A stretch of 61,896 bases of DNA, the filler included, from Bonamia ostreae (lineage: Eukaryota): NCBI GenBank assembly GCA_040357525.1. It is 20 parts of 20 records of this genome, joined end to end, with 100 filler letters (N's around TTAATTAATTAA, not from the genome) between each part and the next. Parts side by side here need not be neighbours in the genome. Positions count along the whole stretch, not along the records: positions 9,374 to 12,389 come from JBDODL010000612.1; positions 12,490 to 15,504 come from JBDODL010000613.1; positions 15,605 to 18,617 come from JBDODL010000614.1; positions 18,718 to 21,724 come from JBDODL010000615.1; positions 21,825 to 24,831 come from JBDODL010000616.1; 15 more parts are not named here. One strand, given 5' to 3'. This document shows, piece after piece, positions 12,029 through 23,907 of the stretch. A model generated the notes under the pieces. The model made no database searches, was not told where the DNA came from, and worked only from the letters and a program-made list of their open reading frames with translations. Numbering within the stretch: position 1 is the first letter of the stretch; every line of letters starts with the position of its first letter. Both the position numbers and the translations under genes were made by a program.

Positions 12029-12389
12029 ATGGCGGAAAATTTGCAGAAATCATTTGTTTTAGATAGATTTTACGAACTACGGATTCACCCAAAAAAGGAC
12101 ATTTCGTTCAAATTAAAAGTTGCGAATTTTAAATTTAGCTAAATAACGGAACTGCTGAGATCAACGGGGCCGAGATGATCATTTCAAAGCAATATCTTTT
12201 CAATACAAATTTTTACGACTCTCTGGCCGTTTTTTCATGGTCTGGCTGCACCATAACTATATCCTTTCAAGATTTAGCTATTGTAATATTTAGTCTTCTG
12301 TTCGAAATCTTAATTTTAAATATCATTTCTTTTTCGAAAAATCTCCTTAAATTTTAACGTTTCCGGAGAAGTCGATCACGCTTATAAAG
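12029..12389 (+). CDS. CLP1: Polyribonucleotide 5'-hydroxyl kinase / cleavage factor Clp1, 5' part
   Basis: YELRI...KLK|LNNGTAEINGAEM...LAVFSWSGCTIT|VSGEVDHAYK matches the Clp1 N-terminal domain. Introns at 12119-12138 (GT-AG) and 12259-12358 (AT-AC). Confidence 0.85.
12259..12358 (+). other. U12-type (minor spliceosome) AT-AC intron
   Basis: 5' ATATCCTTTC, branch-like TCCTTAA at 12344-12350, terminal AC at 12357-12358. Removing it restores the Clp1 frame. Confidence 0.82.
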
Positions 12390-12584
12390 NNNNNNNNNNN
12401 NNNNNNNNNNNNNNNNNNNNNNNNNNNNNNNNNTTAATTAATTAANNNNNNNNNNNNNNNNNNNNNNNNNNNNNNNNNNNNNNNNNNNNAGTAAATTATT
12501 CGCTCAGAAAATAAATTTTCAAGGTTAACGGAAAAACATAAACAAAACTAGAGCATTCTTAAAAAATAAACCGCCTTTCCTCAA

Positions 12585-13403
12585 ATGACCATAAAACCGA
12601 AAGATCAACTTTTTGGGCATGTCGAATTGATTCTAGGGCCGATGGTTTTGCTTGTTCAACTCTAAACAGTTCAGCGGAAAAACGACAGAATTGTTTAGGA
12701 GAATCAGACGCTACACTTTCGCGAACCTTCAATGTTATCTGATTAAGTACAAAAATGACAATCGCTACTCTTCAGTAGCTTCGACACACGACAAGTTTTA
12801 ATGTTAGAACGTTACGAATATGCACATAGAATCAGATTAGAGGCGGTCAGTTGCACGAATTTGGGCGAGGCGGAAAAATCTTCTGCTGGATACGATGTGA
12901 TAGGAATTGACGAAGGACAGTTTTTTCCAGGTTTCGCTGATTCTGAATAAAAGACATTGTCGAATTTTGCCAAAAAATGGCTGAGAATGGAAAAATAGTG
13001 GTCGTAAGTGCTCTAAATGGCACATATCAGCGAAAACCATTCGACGTTATTTCGAGGTTAGTTCCGATTTCGGAAAAAATGACAAAGCTTTCTGCGATTT
13101 GTATGGTTTGCTATGGCGAAGCTCATTTTACAAAAAGGTTCTTGCAAAATTTTTGATCGTTTTATTTTTAATGAGAGTGTAGTGCTGTTTCCATTTTATT
13201 AAAATTTTGCAAAATGTCATTGTAACAAATATAGTTTTTTGCTTTTATGTCGGAATATTTATTACTAACATAGAACCGTGTCTTCGAACAAATTAGAACT
13301 GATCGGGGGATCAGAGTTTTATATTGCGACATGCAGAAAATGCTTCAACCTCGAAAACGACAAAATAAAAAACATAAAGTCTCCGTCGATGTTCAGTGAG
13401 TAA
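12585..13403 (+). CDS. TK1: Thymidine kinase (TK1 family), four introns
   Basis: [52 protein letters not shown]. Absent from the ORF track because short introns fragment it (e.g. 12645-12669). Confidence 0.93.
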
Positions 13404-13899
13404 ATGAATAAGAATATTTCAATATTTATTTTCATATAAAAACAGCCGATGAAATAACAACACAAATCGACGAAATGATGCACGTTTCGTTTGCAAACAA
13501 CGCAATTTGGTTTAAAACCAAAATATATCGGCTCGAAGAGATGAATCCTATTTCTTTGAAAGACAAATCCAAATAAAAAGCTTTTTTGTCAAATTGTAAA
13601 AATTTTGTTATTTGTTCAATTTACAAAATTATATTGTTTCTTCAATTTACAAAAGTTACAAAAGTTTTATTGTTTGACCAAAATTGCAAAAAATTAATTG
13701 TTTGTTCAATTTANNNNNNNNNNNNNNNNNNNNNNNNNNNNNNNNNNNNNNNNNNNNNNNNNNNNNNNNNNNNNNNNNNNNNNNNNNNNNNNNNNNNNNN
13801 NNNNNNNNNNNNNCAAAAGTTTTATTGTTTGACCAAAATTGCAAAAAATTAATTGTTTGTTCAATTTAAAAATTATTATTTTGTCAATTTGCAAAAAAT

Positions 13900-14240
13900 T
13901 TTGTAAATTAAATATTTGCCCTTTATGCAATATCAATTTATCACACAGATTAAAATTTCTAAAAAACAATTCCAGACTAAAATGAATATAATTGCAGGAA
14001 AGACTACCAAAGGAAGAAATTTTTGAATTCTTAGCTTTCTCCTTGTGTACACTGTAAGCAACATCGAAGTCAGTAACAAGCTCTGGAAAGCCAGAAAGGA
14101 CTGTGGAAACGCATCTTTTTTTTAGTTTAACGAACATCTCGTCGCCAACTCGAACGTCCAACGGATTAAGAAGACTAAAAGACAAAACGTTTGAACACAA
14201 AAAACGCCCTTTAAAATTCGAACATAAATTCGGGACATTA
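13900..14240 (-). CDS. Hypothetical protein, weak resemblance to the RPA43/RPB7-like N-terminus
   Basis: Open frame ...DVAYSVH...NYIHFSLELFF; the resemblance is by eye only. Confidence 0.3.
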
Positions 14241-14280
14241 TTATTTTGAATTTCAATATTTTTGAATAACTGGAAAAGAG

Positions 14281-15148
14281 TTAAAATATAGTTTTAATCT
14301 CTGGAAATACTCCATTTCCGTCAATTCTAAACGGTTTTGCTTCGCCCGATTTGACGTTTGTTGCCATTCTCTTGTTTCCGACCCAATTCATTTTTATCCT
14401 CGTGTCTGCGATGCTTTCAAACTCTTCTTCTGTTTTGTTATTATTCAAACCCATTTTCGATTCTATTCTAAAAGTGTTGTCGTTTTTGCGCCGAGTGGTA
14501 ACATGATTGACGACAACAATGACCAATGCGAATTTTATGGCCACTAAAACCAATTTTTGCAGAAACGGTTTTATTAATCTGTTTCTTTCCGTCATAGTTC
14601 CGCCAAAGCATCGGATCGGGAAAGATAACGAGTCTATCACAATCAACTTTACCTTTTTTTTTAATTTCGACCCAAATTTTAAAATTTAATAAAAAATTTG
14701 GAAATTTTAGTCGCCATTTTCGCAAAAAAAAATTTTGTAACGTTTGAATTTTCATCGATATAATTTTCGACGTCTTTAAAATTTCTCATAAAATCCAAAA
14801 GTCCGAATGTCCTAAAAATGCGGATATTACTGATTTCAATTGGTTCAGAAAACGAATCGCTTGGCGCAAGAGACGTCGCCATTTCAATAACTCTTTCCAT
14901 TGAAAAACCGCCTTCAGTGTCGAAATAAAAGGCCGTCGGAGAATCGTGTGAAAATCGCTGAAGATTAAGACACAATTGAAGACTATAAAAAATAATATTT
15001 GAACCATAATTGCGTTTTTCCGATTCCCGGTCGTCCAACTTTAAATTATTTTAATTCAACAAATTTCGTAAATTTTCCCGGTTTCAAAGTGGGACAACGG
15101 CGGGCTTAGTCCAGATGGAATTTTGATGCTTTGTGAGCACGCTTTCAT
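14281..15148 (-). CDS. RAD51C: RAD51 paralog (RAD51C-like)
   Basis: Walker A GRPGIGKTQLCLQLC after two 22-nt introns (15039-15060, 14983-15004), then YFDTEGGF, IVIDSLSFP and VVVNHVTT. Confidence 0.8.
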
Positions 15149-15604
15149 TTACAAAATCTGTATTCCGAATATATGATTTTGTTCTAATAGATTTATAGCG
15201 TTCGCGATTTTTTACTTGTGCAAGAAACTTTTATTTTCAGTGTCACTAAAAAGCAAAAATTTAAAAATATTGAACATACCCAAAAACTACAAATTTGAAA
15301 AGAAAGCGGAAATGTAAATTGAGGAGATTTGATTAAATTTGAAAATGTTTGTTTGTCATCTCAACAATTTTTTTAATTTGAACTTTAAATTTGTAAAAAC
15401 GGCGGGACAACGTTTTTTAAAAGGGTTGTCGCAACACAATAACGACAATCATTTTTAGTCAATAATGACAATAATGAAGATTTGATAAAATCTCTCAACT
15501 TTACNNNNNNNNNNNNNNNNNNNNNNNNNNNNNNNNNNNNNNNNNNNNTTAATTAATTAANNNNNNNNNNNNNNNNNNNNNNNNNNNNNNNNNNNNNNNN
15601 NNNN

Positions 15605-16051
15605 GGAAAGATTTGTATTGTAAATTTGTAACATTAAAATACAATCATTGAGAACAAATCTTTGTTTAAAATTTGGCGGGGGGTATGGCAAAACATATTC
15701 AATAACAAGAACATCTTCTCCGGAAACCCCAAGATTGCCATTTTTATGCATTTCTAGCAAATTCGAATCTAAAATTTTGCCGTTCACAAAGAAGACCAAA
15801 TTTTTTGTCTCAATCTTCAAAAATTTTTTTAGCAATTTCTTCAAGGTTTTTGGCTCTGCCGAAAGTGGCAACGAAAATGTCTTTTCCAAACTATCGCCAT
15901 TTATTATGTTTTTGCCGTTAACAACATTTTCTTTAATAACGATATTTTCTGATAAACAGGGCAATATCGTCGACGTTTTTTCTTGAAATTTGGCAGTTAT
16001 TGTTTTAATTGGCGTTATGTTCGATTTAGACATTATAGTTTTGGAAGACAT
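15605..16051 (-). CDS. WDR12: Ribosome biogenesis protein WDR12/Ytm1, N-terminal NLE domain (truncated)
   Basis: FSLP...FFVNGKILDSNL...SGEDVLVIEYVLPYPPP...NDCI. Confidence 0.75.
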
Positions 16052-16504
16052 TTTAAGTTTTGGGCTTTAATAAAAATTTTATGATTTTATGCAGTTTGTT
16101 GTTAAGGATTTTATGGAACTGTGGAAAGAAGAATTTATTTTTGTGTCGGAGAATTAAAATGATATTTGAAATTAAAATTGATTAATTTGTTGTTTAAATT
16201 TTTGTTTACATTAACTAAAAAACAATAAAAAAAATTATCTTTAAATTTAATAAAAAATCGGCAATTTGAAGGGTTTTCAACTTAAAATAAGACATATAAG
16301 GTAAATTTAGAATCGATCAATTTGAGTAATTGCCACATGAGATGAAATACAAATGTATATAACCTTGTTAAAAACTGTGTCTTATAGATTACTTAATAAA
16401 GAAAAAACTGTTAATTTAAAAAAAGTAAGAAGTTAATAAAGTATAAAAATCGAGAAATAAAAAAAAATTTAAAAATGGTGTTGAAAAACACCGGTATAAT
16501 TAGT

Positions 16505-16870
16505 CTATTTCTGAGATTTTTGGCTCTTCGACTTTGGAAGCAAAACACTGTGAATCGACGGCAGTACTCCCGCACCGGGAATTGTCGTGTCGTTCATTAA
16601 TTTGCTGAGCTCCTCGTCATTTTGCACCGCCAACTGAATGTGACGAGGCGAAATGCGTCTCTTCTTGTTGTCGCGAGCAGCGTTTCCAGCCAGTTCCAAA
16701 ACCTCCGCGGCCAAATATTCGACTACCCCGGTCAAATAAATCGCAGAGCTAACGCCCACTTTCGGGGCGTATCGGCCGTTTCTGATATAGCGATTAACTT
16801 TGGAGACGGGGAACGTCAAACCGGAACGAGAAGACTTTGACTTTCTTGCTTTTCTGATTGTTTTGCTCAT
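16505..16870 (-). CDS. H2A: Histone H2A (intronless)
   Basis: [54 protein letters not shown]. Confidence 0.98.
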   Translation of the reverse strand: MSKTIRKARKSKSSRSGLTFPVSKVNRYIRNGRYAPKVGVSSAIYLTGVVEYLAAEVLELAGNAARDNKKRRISPRHIQLAVQNDEELSKLMNDTTIPGAGVLPSIHSVLLPKSKSQKSQK

Positions 16871-17387
16871 TTCAGATTTTACTGTCTAAAACACGAAGTT
16901 AATTTATAAAACCAAAAATTAGCAATTTAGTTTGGTTTGTGGGTTTATATCGAGCCAAATTTTTGGATTTAAGAATTTTTACTTTTATAAGTTTTTTCTA
17001 TGTCGCAAATATCGACTTTTTAAATGTTATTTTGTCTACAGATTTTGTTTTCAAATTTTTATTGTTTCATATTTTCTTGTTTTTATTATCTCTATAATTC
17101 ATTGTTCAAAGTTTTTGTTTTTTGTGTACACATTTGTAAGATCTTCCATTAATTCTTGTAAGAATTTCCACTAATTAATTACTTCGGGCACAAGACGTCG
17201 AATTAATAATAACGCAAAATTTTTTTGAAATTAATTTTGTAAAATTTTTTCAAAATATTTTCGATGTAAAAAATATTTCAATGTTCATAAATTTAAAATT
17301 CAATATTAAAAAATATGAAGAATGGACAATAAAAGTAAAAACAAGAAATTTGATAAGAATATGTAAAACGATGGCATCTTAAAAAAT

Positions 17388-17854
17388 TTATTCGTCAAGG
17401 CCACACCAGTCGAACTTTCTCTCGTCGTCATTTTTTTCTTCTTCTGTTAATGGTGTATGCTTTCTGTCTAAAACCCAGTCCCTATAACGCTCGTCATGGT
17501 CATAGAAGCCCCAATAAGGCGACCATTCCTCGCCGGAACGCATTGTCAGATAAGCGATTTTGACTGTTTTGTCATAATAATACATCGTTTTGTTGTATTC
17601 TTTGATCTGGAAAAGTTTCTTCTTGCCCCTTCTGATATCAGTCGCGACGTAGATGGGACTATTTTTTAACAAAATAACTCGATTCCGTAAAGTTGATAGA
17701 GATACGCTTTTATCATCGGCTTATTGAATTTGAGCGGGAAAATGAATTTGACAACGCCCTGTCGCCGAAGCAACTCGGCTTCGCCTCTGTTTTGGGGGAT
17801 AACCAGCTTTACAGTGTAGTTATGCAAAGTTTTGAATCTTCTATTCTTCGACAT
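17388..17854 (-). CDS. MRPL23: Mitochondrial ribosomal protein uL23
   Basis: FIFPLKFNKPMIKAYLYQLYGID|PIYVATDIRRGKKK...KIAYLT with a 20-nt intron at 17659-17678. Confidence 0.75.
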
Positions 17855-18078
17855 TTCGACTAAAAAAATTATTTAAGCTTTTCTTTTAAGCTCATAAACT
17901 TATAATATATCAAACGATATTATGTTTGAAAGCAAACATCAATTGACAAAACATAAATTATTGACTTCATTTTCTTTAATTATAATTTAATAAGCACTCG
18001 AAAATCCCCGAAAAAAATTAAAGCTCGACGATAAATTTTAGAAAAATATATTAAACTGGAAATCCTAAAAGCTTTGCT

Positions 18079-18477
18079 ATGTTGGATAGGATAATCCAAG
18101 ACTTTGCCAAAAAAGCAAACGCGGCGTTCCCTGCGATCAGAAGGGAGATGACAAGGATGTTCCAAGCAGCTCGATTCAGTTTTCAAAATTAGCATTGAAG
18201 TGCCGTCAGTGAAAACCTCTCAAAACAACGCAAACATCGTCAGCCGAAACAGCTACAAAATAGACAGAGAAGAGGCTGTAATGATTCTCGGTCTCAAGGA
18301 CAATTATACGAGAGAACAACTCGAAGAAGTTTTTTTGGCAAATTTAAGAAATTCGAAAAAATGTTTGAACAAAATAGTCCAAACCGAGGCGGGTCGTTTT
18401 ATGTTCAATCAAAAATTTATCGTTCCAGAGAACGGCTCAAGGAGCTTTTAAATGAGCGAATAACGGAGAAAAAGTAA
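18079..18477 (+). CDS. PAM16: Mitochondrial import motor subunit Pam16/Tim16
   Basis: REEAVMILGL...EE|KFEKMFEQNSPNRGGSFYVQSKIYRSRERL. Introns at 18179-18200 and 18329-18348. Confidence 0.9.
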
Positions 18478-18768
18478 TCGATTAAATGTAAATCTTGTAA
18501 TTTTTCGCTTTTAAAGTAATATCAAAATCGCAATAAAGATATTTTAATTAATTTAAACGAAAATATCAAAATCGCAAAAAAAATATTTCCATTGCCTGTA
18601 TTTAAAATATAGAAAAANNNNNNNNNNNNNNNNNNNNNNNNNNNNNNNNNNNNNNNNNNNNTTAATTAATTAANNNNNNNNNNNNNNNNNNNNNNNNNNN
18701 NNNNNNNNNNNNNNNNNATTTTTGTTGTTCTGAAAATCCATTTTGTTGTTCAAAAAAATCTTCAAAAG

Positions 18769-19178
18769 TGATCAGAGCAACATTGAATTTGGGTGGAAAT
18801 GTTAAAACCACCCAAAAATTGACTTGGTTGGCAGACAGCGGCGAAGATCTGGTGCCTTTAACTCTCGTCAATTTGGGCCCTCTGATAACAGTACCGAAAA
18901 TGACTGAAGGAGACAAACTAAAAGACGTCACAAACCCAAATTCTTGGAAAGAAGTTTTAATCTTCAACACATTCCAAATCAAACTCAAAAACAAAAAAAA
19001 TTAGACAAAAGCTTTTGGAGACCCGAACTTGAGAAACTTGAAAAAAGGCGAAATAATCCAATTACAACGAAAAGGATTTGCGATTGTGGAGAAAATGATA
19101 AAAGACGAATCGAAAGATAGATTGGTCTTGATAATGATTCCGGATAGCAAAAAGAAGGCGATGGTGAATAAAAAATAA
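18769..19178 (+). CDS. Cytosolic glutamyl-tRNA synthetase, C-terminal part
   Basis: GNVKTTQKLTWLA...LITVPK...GDPNLRNLKKGEIIQLQRKGF...IPD. Confidence 0.85.
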
Positions 19179-19368
19179 TCAGCCATTTTTTAAATTTAGC
19201 AATCGATAAATTTAGTCAATTTTTTAATTTGGTCCAAATTTAAAAATTGTTGTTATTAAAAACAGTCACAATTCATTTCAATTTTATTCGTTCCATTAAA
19301 AAGCTAAAAATGATTATAGACGATTGTAATATAACTATAATTGGCTAAAACAACAAACTATTTTTGAA

Positions 19369-20261
19369 ATGATGATCGATTATATCGGATCGAAAATCAA
19401 GAAAGAGTGGAAATTTGAACTTAAAACGAATGAGAAAAATTTGATTAAAAATAAATTTTTCAAACCGAAAAAATCGGTCAAAGGAATAATGAACGGATTA
19501 AAAAAACATTCGAAAATTGAAAATTGTAATTTTGTAAAAAGCAAAAAAAAAAGACATAAAAAATTTGACCAAAACAAAAATGACAAATTTGACCGAAATC
19601 GAAACGGCAAATCTGTTGAACTATTTGACAAAATCGTCCGAACCGATATTATTCACAAAAATTTTGTTTCCAAAAATTTTATTCAAAATAGAAAAAAGCT
19701 TTTTATGTCAAGAAAACCGGGAGACGAAATATTGAAATCGCTTTTTGAATTAAAAAATGACCAAATTAGTCGAATTGTTGAAATTGCCATATTTTTGTTA
19801 TCAAATTGCGAAGACAATATTTTTGGCAATAAAACCAAAAACGTTTTTGAAAAAATTTAAAAAAAAGATAATCGCCTGGAACAACATGATTTTAACTTAT
19901 TTGATTAAAAAGAACGACAAAACTTTGATTAAAAGTTTTTCAAAAATAAAGAAAAATATAAAATTCCGGATAAAATTGGCAGAAGATGGCTTAAAAATAC
20001 TGAATTTGATCGATTTTTTGGCAAAAACAAAATTTCAAAAAAATATTTCTGTCAGTCGTTATTCTCTCGTTGAAATTTCTGTTTAATAAATATAGATTTG
20101 CAATTTTTCATTTTTATAAAATTTTTATCAAAATTTTGCCAAAAAGCGTTCAAATAAATTTAAATTTTCTTCAAAAAATTTGGACTGAAACGAGATTTTC
20201 TACAAAAAATATTTTTGCTCAAAAAAAAACGAAAAAATTTATAATTTGGAGAGAATTTTAG
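19369..20261 (+). CDS. Hypothetical Lys-rich multi-exon protein
   Basis: Overlapping plus-strand ORFs 19369-19860, 19757-20086 and 20070-20261, preceded by GCTAA motifs. Confidence 0.35.
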
Positions 20262-21332
20262 AAAAAAAGTTTTCAACATCTGAAACGCTCAGAATCGCTA
20301 CAATCGAAACGAATCCGATCATATGAAAAATTTTCGCAATGTTCCGACGCGTCAAATAACAACAAATCGGAATATTTTTATTTTTGCAGTTTTTTAACAA
20401 TTCAAACAACTTTCTTCAAAAATTTTCGTAATTTTATAAAGCAAAACTTTAAAAAGACTAAATTTTAATAATTATAAAAAGACTCATCGATGATGTTTTT
20501 CGAAGCGAAAAACTCAAAATCGCGAGCAATTAATAACAATTTTATTTTGTGGCTAAATTTTAATGATTGTTTTAGTCCACAAACAAATCTTCTATTTTCA
20601 TTTGTTAATTTTCTTTTTACTCTTTTTAATTTTTTGTTAAAATTCAAATTTCGCTTAACTGAAATTTTGTTAAAATTTAGCTTTATTATTTAGCATTTTG
20701 TTAATAAAATCACTTCATTCTGTTCTGAAAAATATTTAATTTAAGAAGAAGAATTTTGATCAAAAGTTCCAACGAATTTTGATCACTTTTTTTCTGATTT
20801 CCCGACATTTTTAAAATAGATTTGTCGTTATTTTTAATTTTGATCGCGTCAATTTTTTTACAAAATTTAGCAGAAATGGCTAAATTTTGGAGAAGATTGA
20901 AAATATTTTTATAACGATTATTAACAAATTTTTTTTGAGTTAATTTGAGAATAAGATTAATTGCTGAGATTACAATTCGATTCGCAATGACGTTTTTCTT
21001 TGTTTTTGTAAATTTTGCTTTGCGGATTTTTCCGCTTTTTTTGGATTTTGCGACTGATTTTTTCGCGTTTTTTATTTTTGTTTTTGGTTGATATCTAAAA
21101 TTTTTGGAATTTTTGAATGAAAAATTTGATTTTTAAATGTTAAAATTTTTGAGCCGAATTGGCAAAATTGGTTTTTGAACTGAAAAATTTGATTTTTAAA
21201 TGTCAAAATTTTGAACTTCTTTTCTCTATGAAAAATAATATCGTCTAAAATCAAATGTTCTGGTCTTTTTTTACGCTTTTTTGTCGCTTTCTTGATTAGT
21301 CCAAGTTGTTCTTTAACTAGATCTGACAACAT
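20239..21332 (-). CDS. SECISBP2: SECIS-binding protein 2-like (L7Ae domain)
   Basis: Spliced reading LLLKLNIFQNRMK..ENRRFVCGLKQS..KIKLLLIARD..CKNKNIPICCYLTRRNIAK..VSIVAIL parallels SBP2 LLKELVRFQDRM..KRRLVLGLRE..EQNIPFVFALNRKALG..VSVVGIF. Confidence 0.72.
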
Positions 21333-21824
21333 TTCGAAATTTTATTAATTTAAATTTTTAGTGATTTTTTATATAATTGCTATAATTGCAAATTTAGCTG
21401 TTTTTATGAAATGTTTTTCAGAAATTTGAAATGTGATCTAAATTTTATTAAAGATATTTTTGAAAAATAACAGCTAAATTTTTGAAATGGAAAATTTGAA
21501 ACTTTAAAAATAAAAAATTTTGTAAAACGAATGTCATTTTTAAGATTTAATAAAGCAAACAGTTACGACAAAAGCAGATTAACGGCTGCTTCCAAATTTC
21601 CTTCTGAAACTTATTATTTAAACCTGTCGCAATTAATGCGCGGATGTTGCTCTGTCTGTCATTAAATCCCATCGATTGCAGTTGTTGCAATTGCGTTCTA
21701 AATCTTACAGCTGATTTTTTAAAANNNNNNNNNNNNNNNNNNNNNNNNNNNNNNNNNNNNNNNNNNNNTTAATTAATTAANNNNNNNNNNNNNNNNNNNN
21801 NNNNNNNNNNNNNNNNNNNNNNNN

Positions 21825-23314
21825 CTAAAATTCACACGCGGAAGATCTGTAGAAGTAGTCGCTGCCGCTTGTTTACTTATCGCTTGCCGTCTCAACAACC
21901 ATCCTGTTCTTTTAGTCGATTTCCTTGAACATTTGTCTTTGCGGGTCGCTCCAAAAGTGCTCTGCCGCATTTGTATTCACTTGGCCCAACGTTTGCACAT
22001 AACGCTTCCGCCTGTTTTGGGGGATGTCGACGAATCGTCACAACACCAAGATTCGTCTGCTTATCTGTATCGATTTGCTTCAAAACTTAGCTTTGGCGAC
22101 AATTCGACCGTCCGAGGAGTTGCAACAACAGCTTTGCGCATTTTGGTGCGGATGCAAGAAGATTGGATTCATTGGGGACGCCATCCGTCGGGTCTTTTTG
22201 GGGCAGCCTTGTTGATTGCTGGTCTTAATTTATATTTTGTTGTTGCCAACTTTTCAAATTTGATTGAAAATTTTGTNNNNNNNNNNNNNNNNNNNNNNNN
22301 NNNNNNNNNNNNNNNNNNNNNNNNNNNNNNNNNNNNNNNNNNNNNNNNNNNNNNNNNNNNNNNNNNNNNNNNNNNNTTTGCAGTTTTTGTTCTTTTGTTT
22401 TGCCATTTTGAACTAAAATAATATTTTGCAGTTTTTGTTCTTTTGTTTTGCCATTTTGAACTAAAATAATATTTTGCAGCGATTTTGAAATATTTCGTTT
22501 TAATAAATATCTTAATTACAAATTTATTGGAAAATTAGCCCGTTTGCATGGATTCAAGAGATCACGTAAAGAAGTCTCAAACGTGGTGTACATAACAGAC
22601 GTCACAATAGGACTGAGATTGGGTGATTTTTCGAATACTCCGTCAGCTGCACTCTCAATGGCAGAGTTCGACAACAAAGATTTAAGCCCTTGCAATCCTC
22701 CCGCCTTCGAGCGTAGTCAGAACAGACAAACTGAAAAAGACTGTTTTTAATACAAATTTTAATATCGAAAAGTGAAAATAAAATGGCCCAAAAAACTGCC
22801 TTCGAGGCCGAAAGATGTTCAAAACTGGATAGAAAACGGAATGGGCTTCGGAAAACATGACAAAAAAATCAAAGTAAAAAACGCCGAACATTTTGAAGAA
22901 AAATTTGAAGATCCTATTTTGTTGGAAGAAAATTTTGAAGACGAAGAAGAAAACGTTTTCTGTGATTCGGAAGATTTGGATAGAATGGCAGATCTTTATA
23001 TCATTAAAGATACCAAAGAAAAGGACAGAAAATTCAAAATTTGGGAGTTAATGAATCGAGAATGGACAGAAACCAAAAAACGGAAAGAGGAAGAAAAGCG
23101 ACTCGAAAAAGAAATGAAATCGAAGAAGAAACCGAAAAAGGAGAGAAAATCGAAAAGGACGATGCCGTTGGGTTACAAAACTGTTTTAGAAGATTTTGAG
23201 AAAGAAGAATCCAAAATCTACAACAAAATTGGCGATGAAGCTTTGCTAGATAATTTGTTGGACGAGAAAATCGATTTGGATCTTTTCGGTATTGACGGAA
23301 TCGATGATTTTTAA
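21825..23314 (+). CDS. BRF1: TFIIIB 90 kDa subunit Brf1 (5' truncated)
   Basis: FTRGRSVEVVAAACLLIACR, MQEDWIHWGRHPSGLFGAALLIA|ARLHGF, DFSNTPS, NPPAF, KFKIWELMNREW. Confidence 0.92.
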
Positions 23315-23354
23315 ATTTGCTTTTTTTATTTTTATAACGGATTTGAAAATTGTC

Positions 23355-23560
23355 GTTTGATGGCCATTTCTGTTTAATTAATTTGCCATTTTGTTTTTTA
23401 AATTGATTGCCATTTCTATTTTATTAATTTGTCGTTTTGTTTTTTAAATTGATTGCCATTTCTGTTTTATTAATTTGTCGTTTTGTTTTTTAAATTGAAG
23501 GCCATTTCTGTTTTATTAATTTACGTTTTGTTTTAAATTGATGGCCATTTCTGTTTTATT
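23355..23560. repeat. About 43-bp tandem repeat downstream of BRF1
   Basis: Repeated unit TTAATTTGTCGTTTTGTTTTTTAAATTGATTGCCATTTCTGTTTTA, 4-5 copies. Confidence 0.8.
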
Positions 23561-23834
23561 GAACGACTAAATTGCCGTTTTCAAAGATTGATAACAATTT
23601 TTCTTTTTGAACTAAGCGCTGTCAAAAAAAGTAGGATTCTTAAATTTAATTTTGTTATTTTTTCGAGACAGTCGTCATCTCAGCGCAGACGGAGCTCATC
23701 GAACTGATTAATAAAATATTTTTATCAAAGCGCTTTTGAACAAATTTAATTTTTCGTTGTGTAGATTTTACATTGTCAAAGCATTTATAGTTTATAGTTT
23801 TTGTATATAAAGTAATGATTTTTCTAAAATTAAA

Positions 23835-23907
23835 GCTGATATAGCTCAGATGGTAGAGCGTTAGACTGAAGATCTAAAGGCCCTTGGTTCAAATCCGAGT
23901 ATCAGCA
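23835..23907 (+). tRNA. trnF: tRNA-Phe (GAA)
   Basis: GCTGATA/TATCAGC acceptor stem, D arm, CTGAAGA anticodon loop, GGTTCAAATCC T loop, followed by a TTTTT Pol III terminator. Confidence 0.96.

Noticed and set aside
21825-23907. BRF1 (a Pol III factor) next to a tRNA gene as a functional cluster
   Set aside because: A single instance in a gene-dense genome is compatible with chance.
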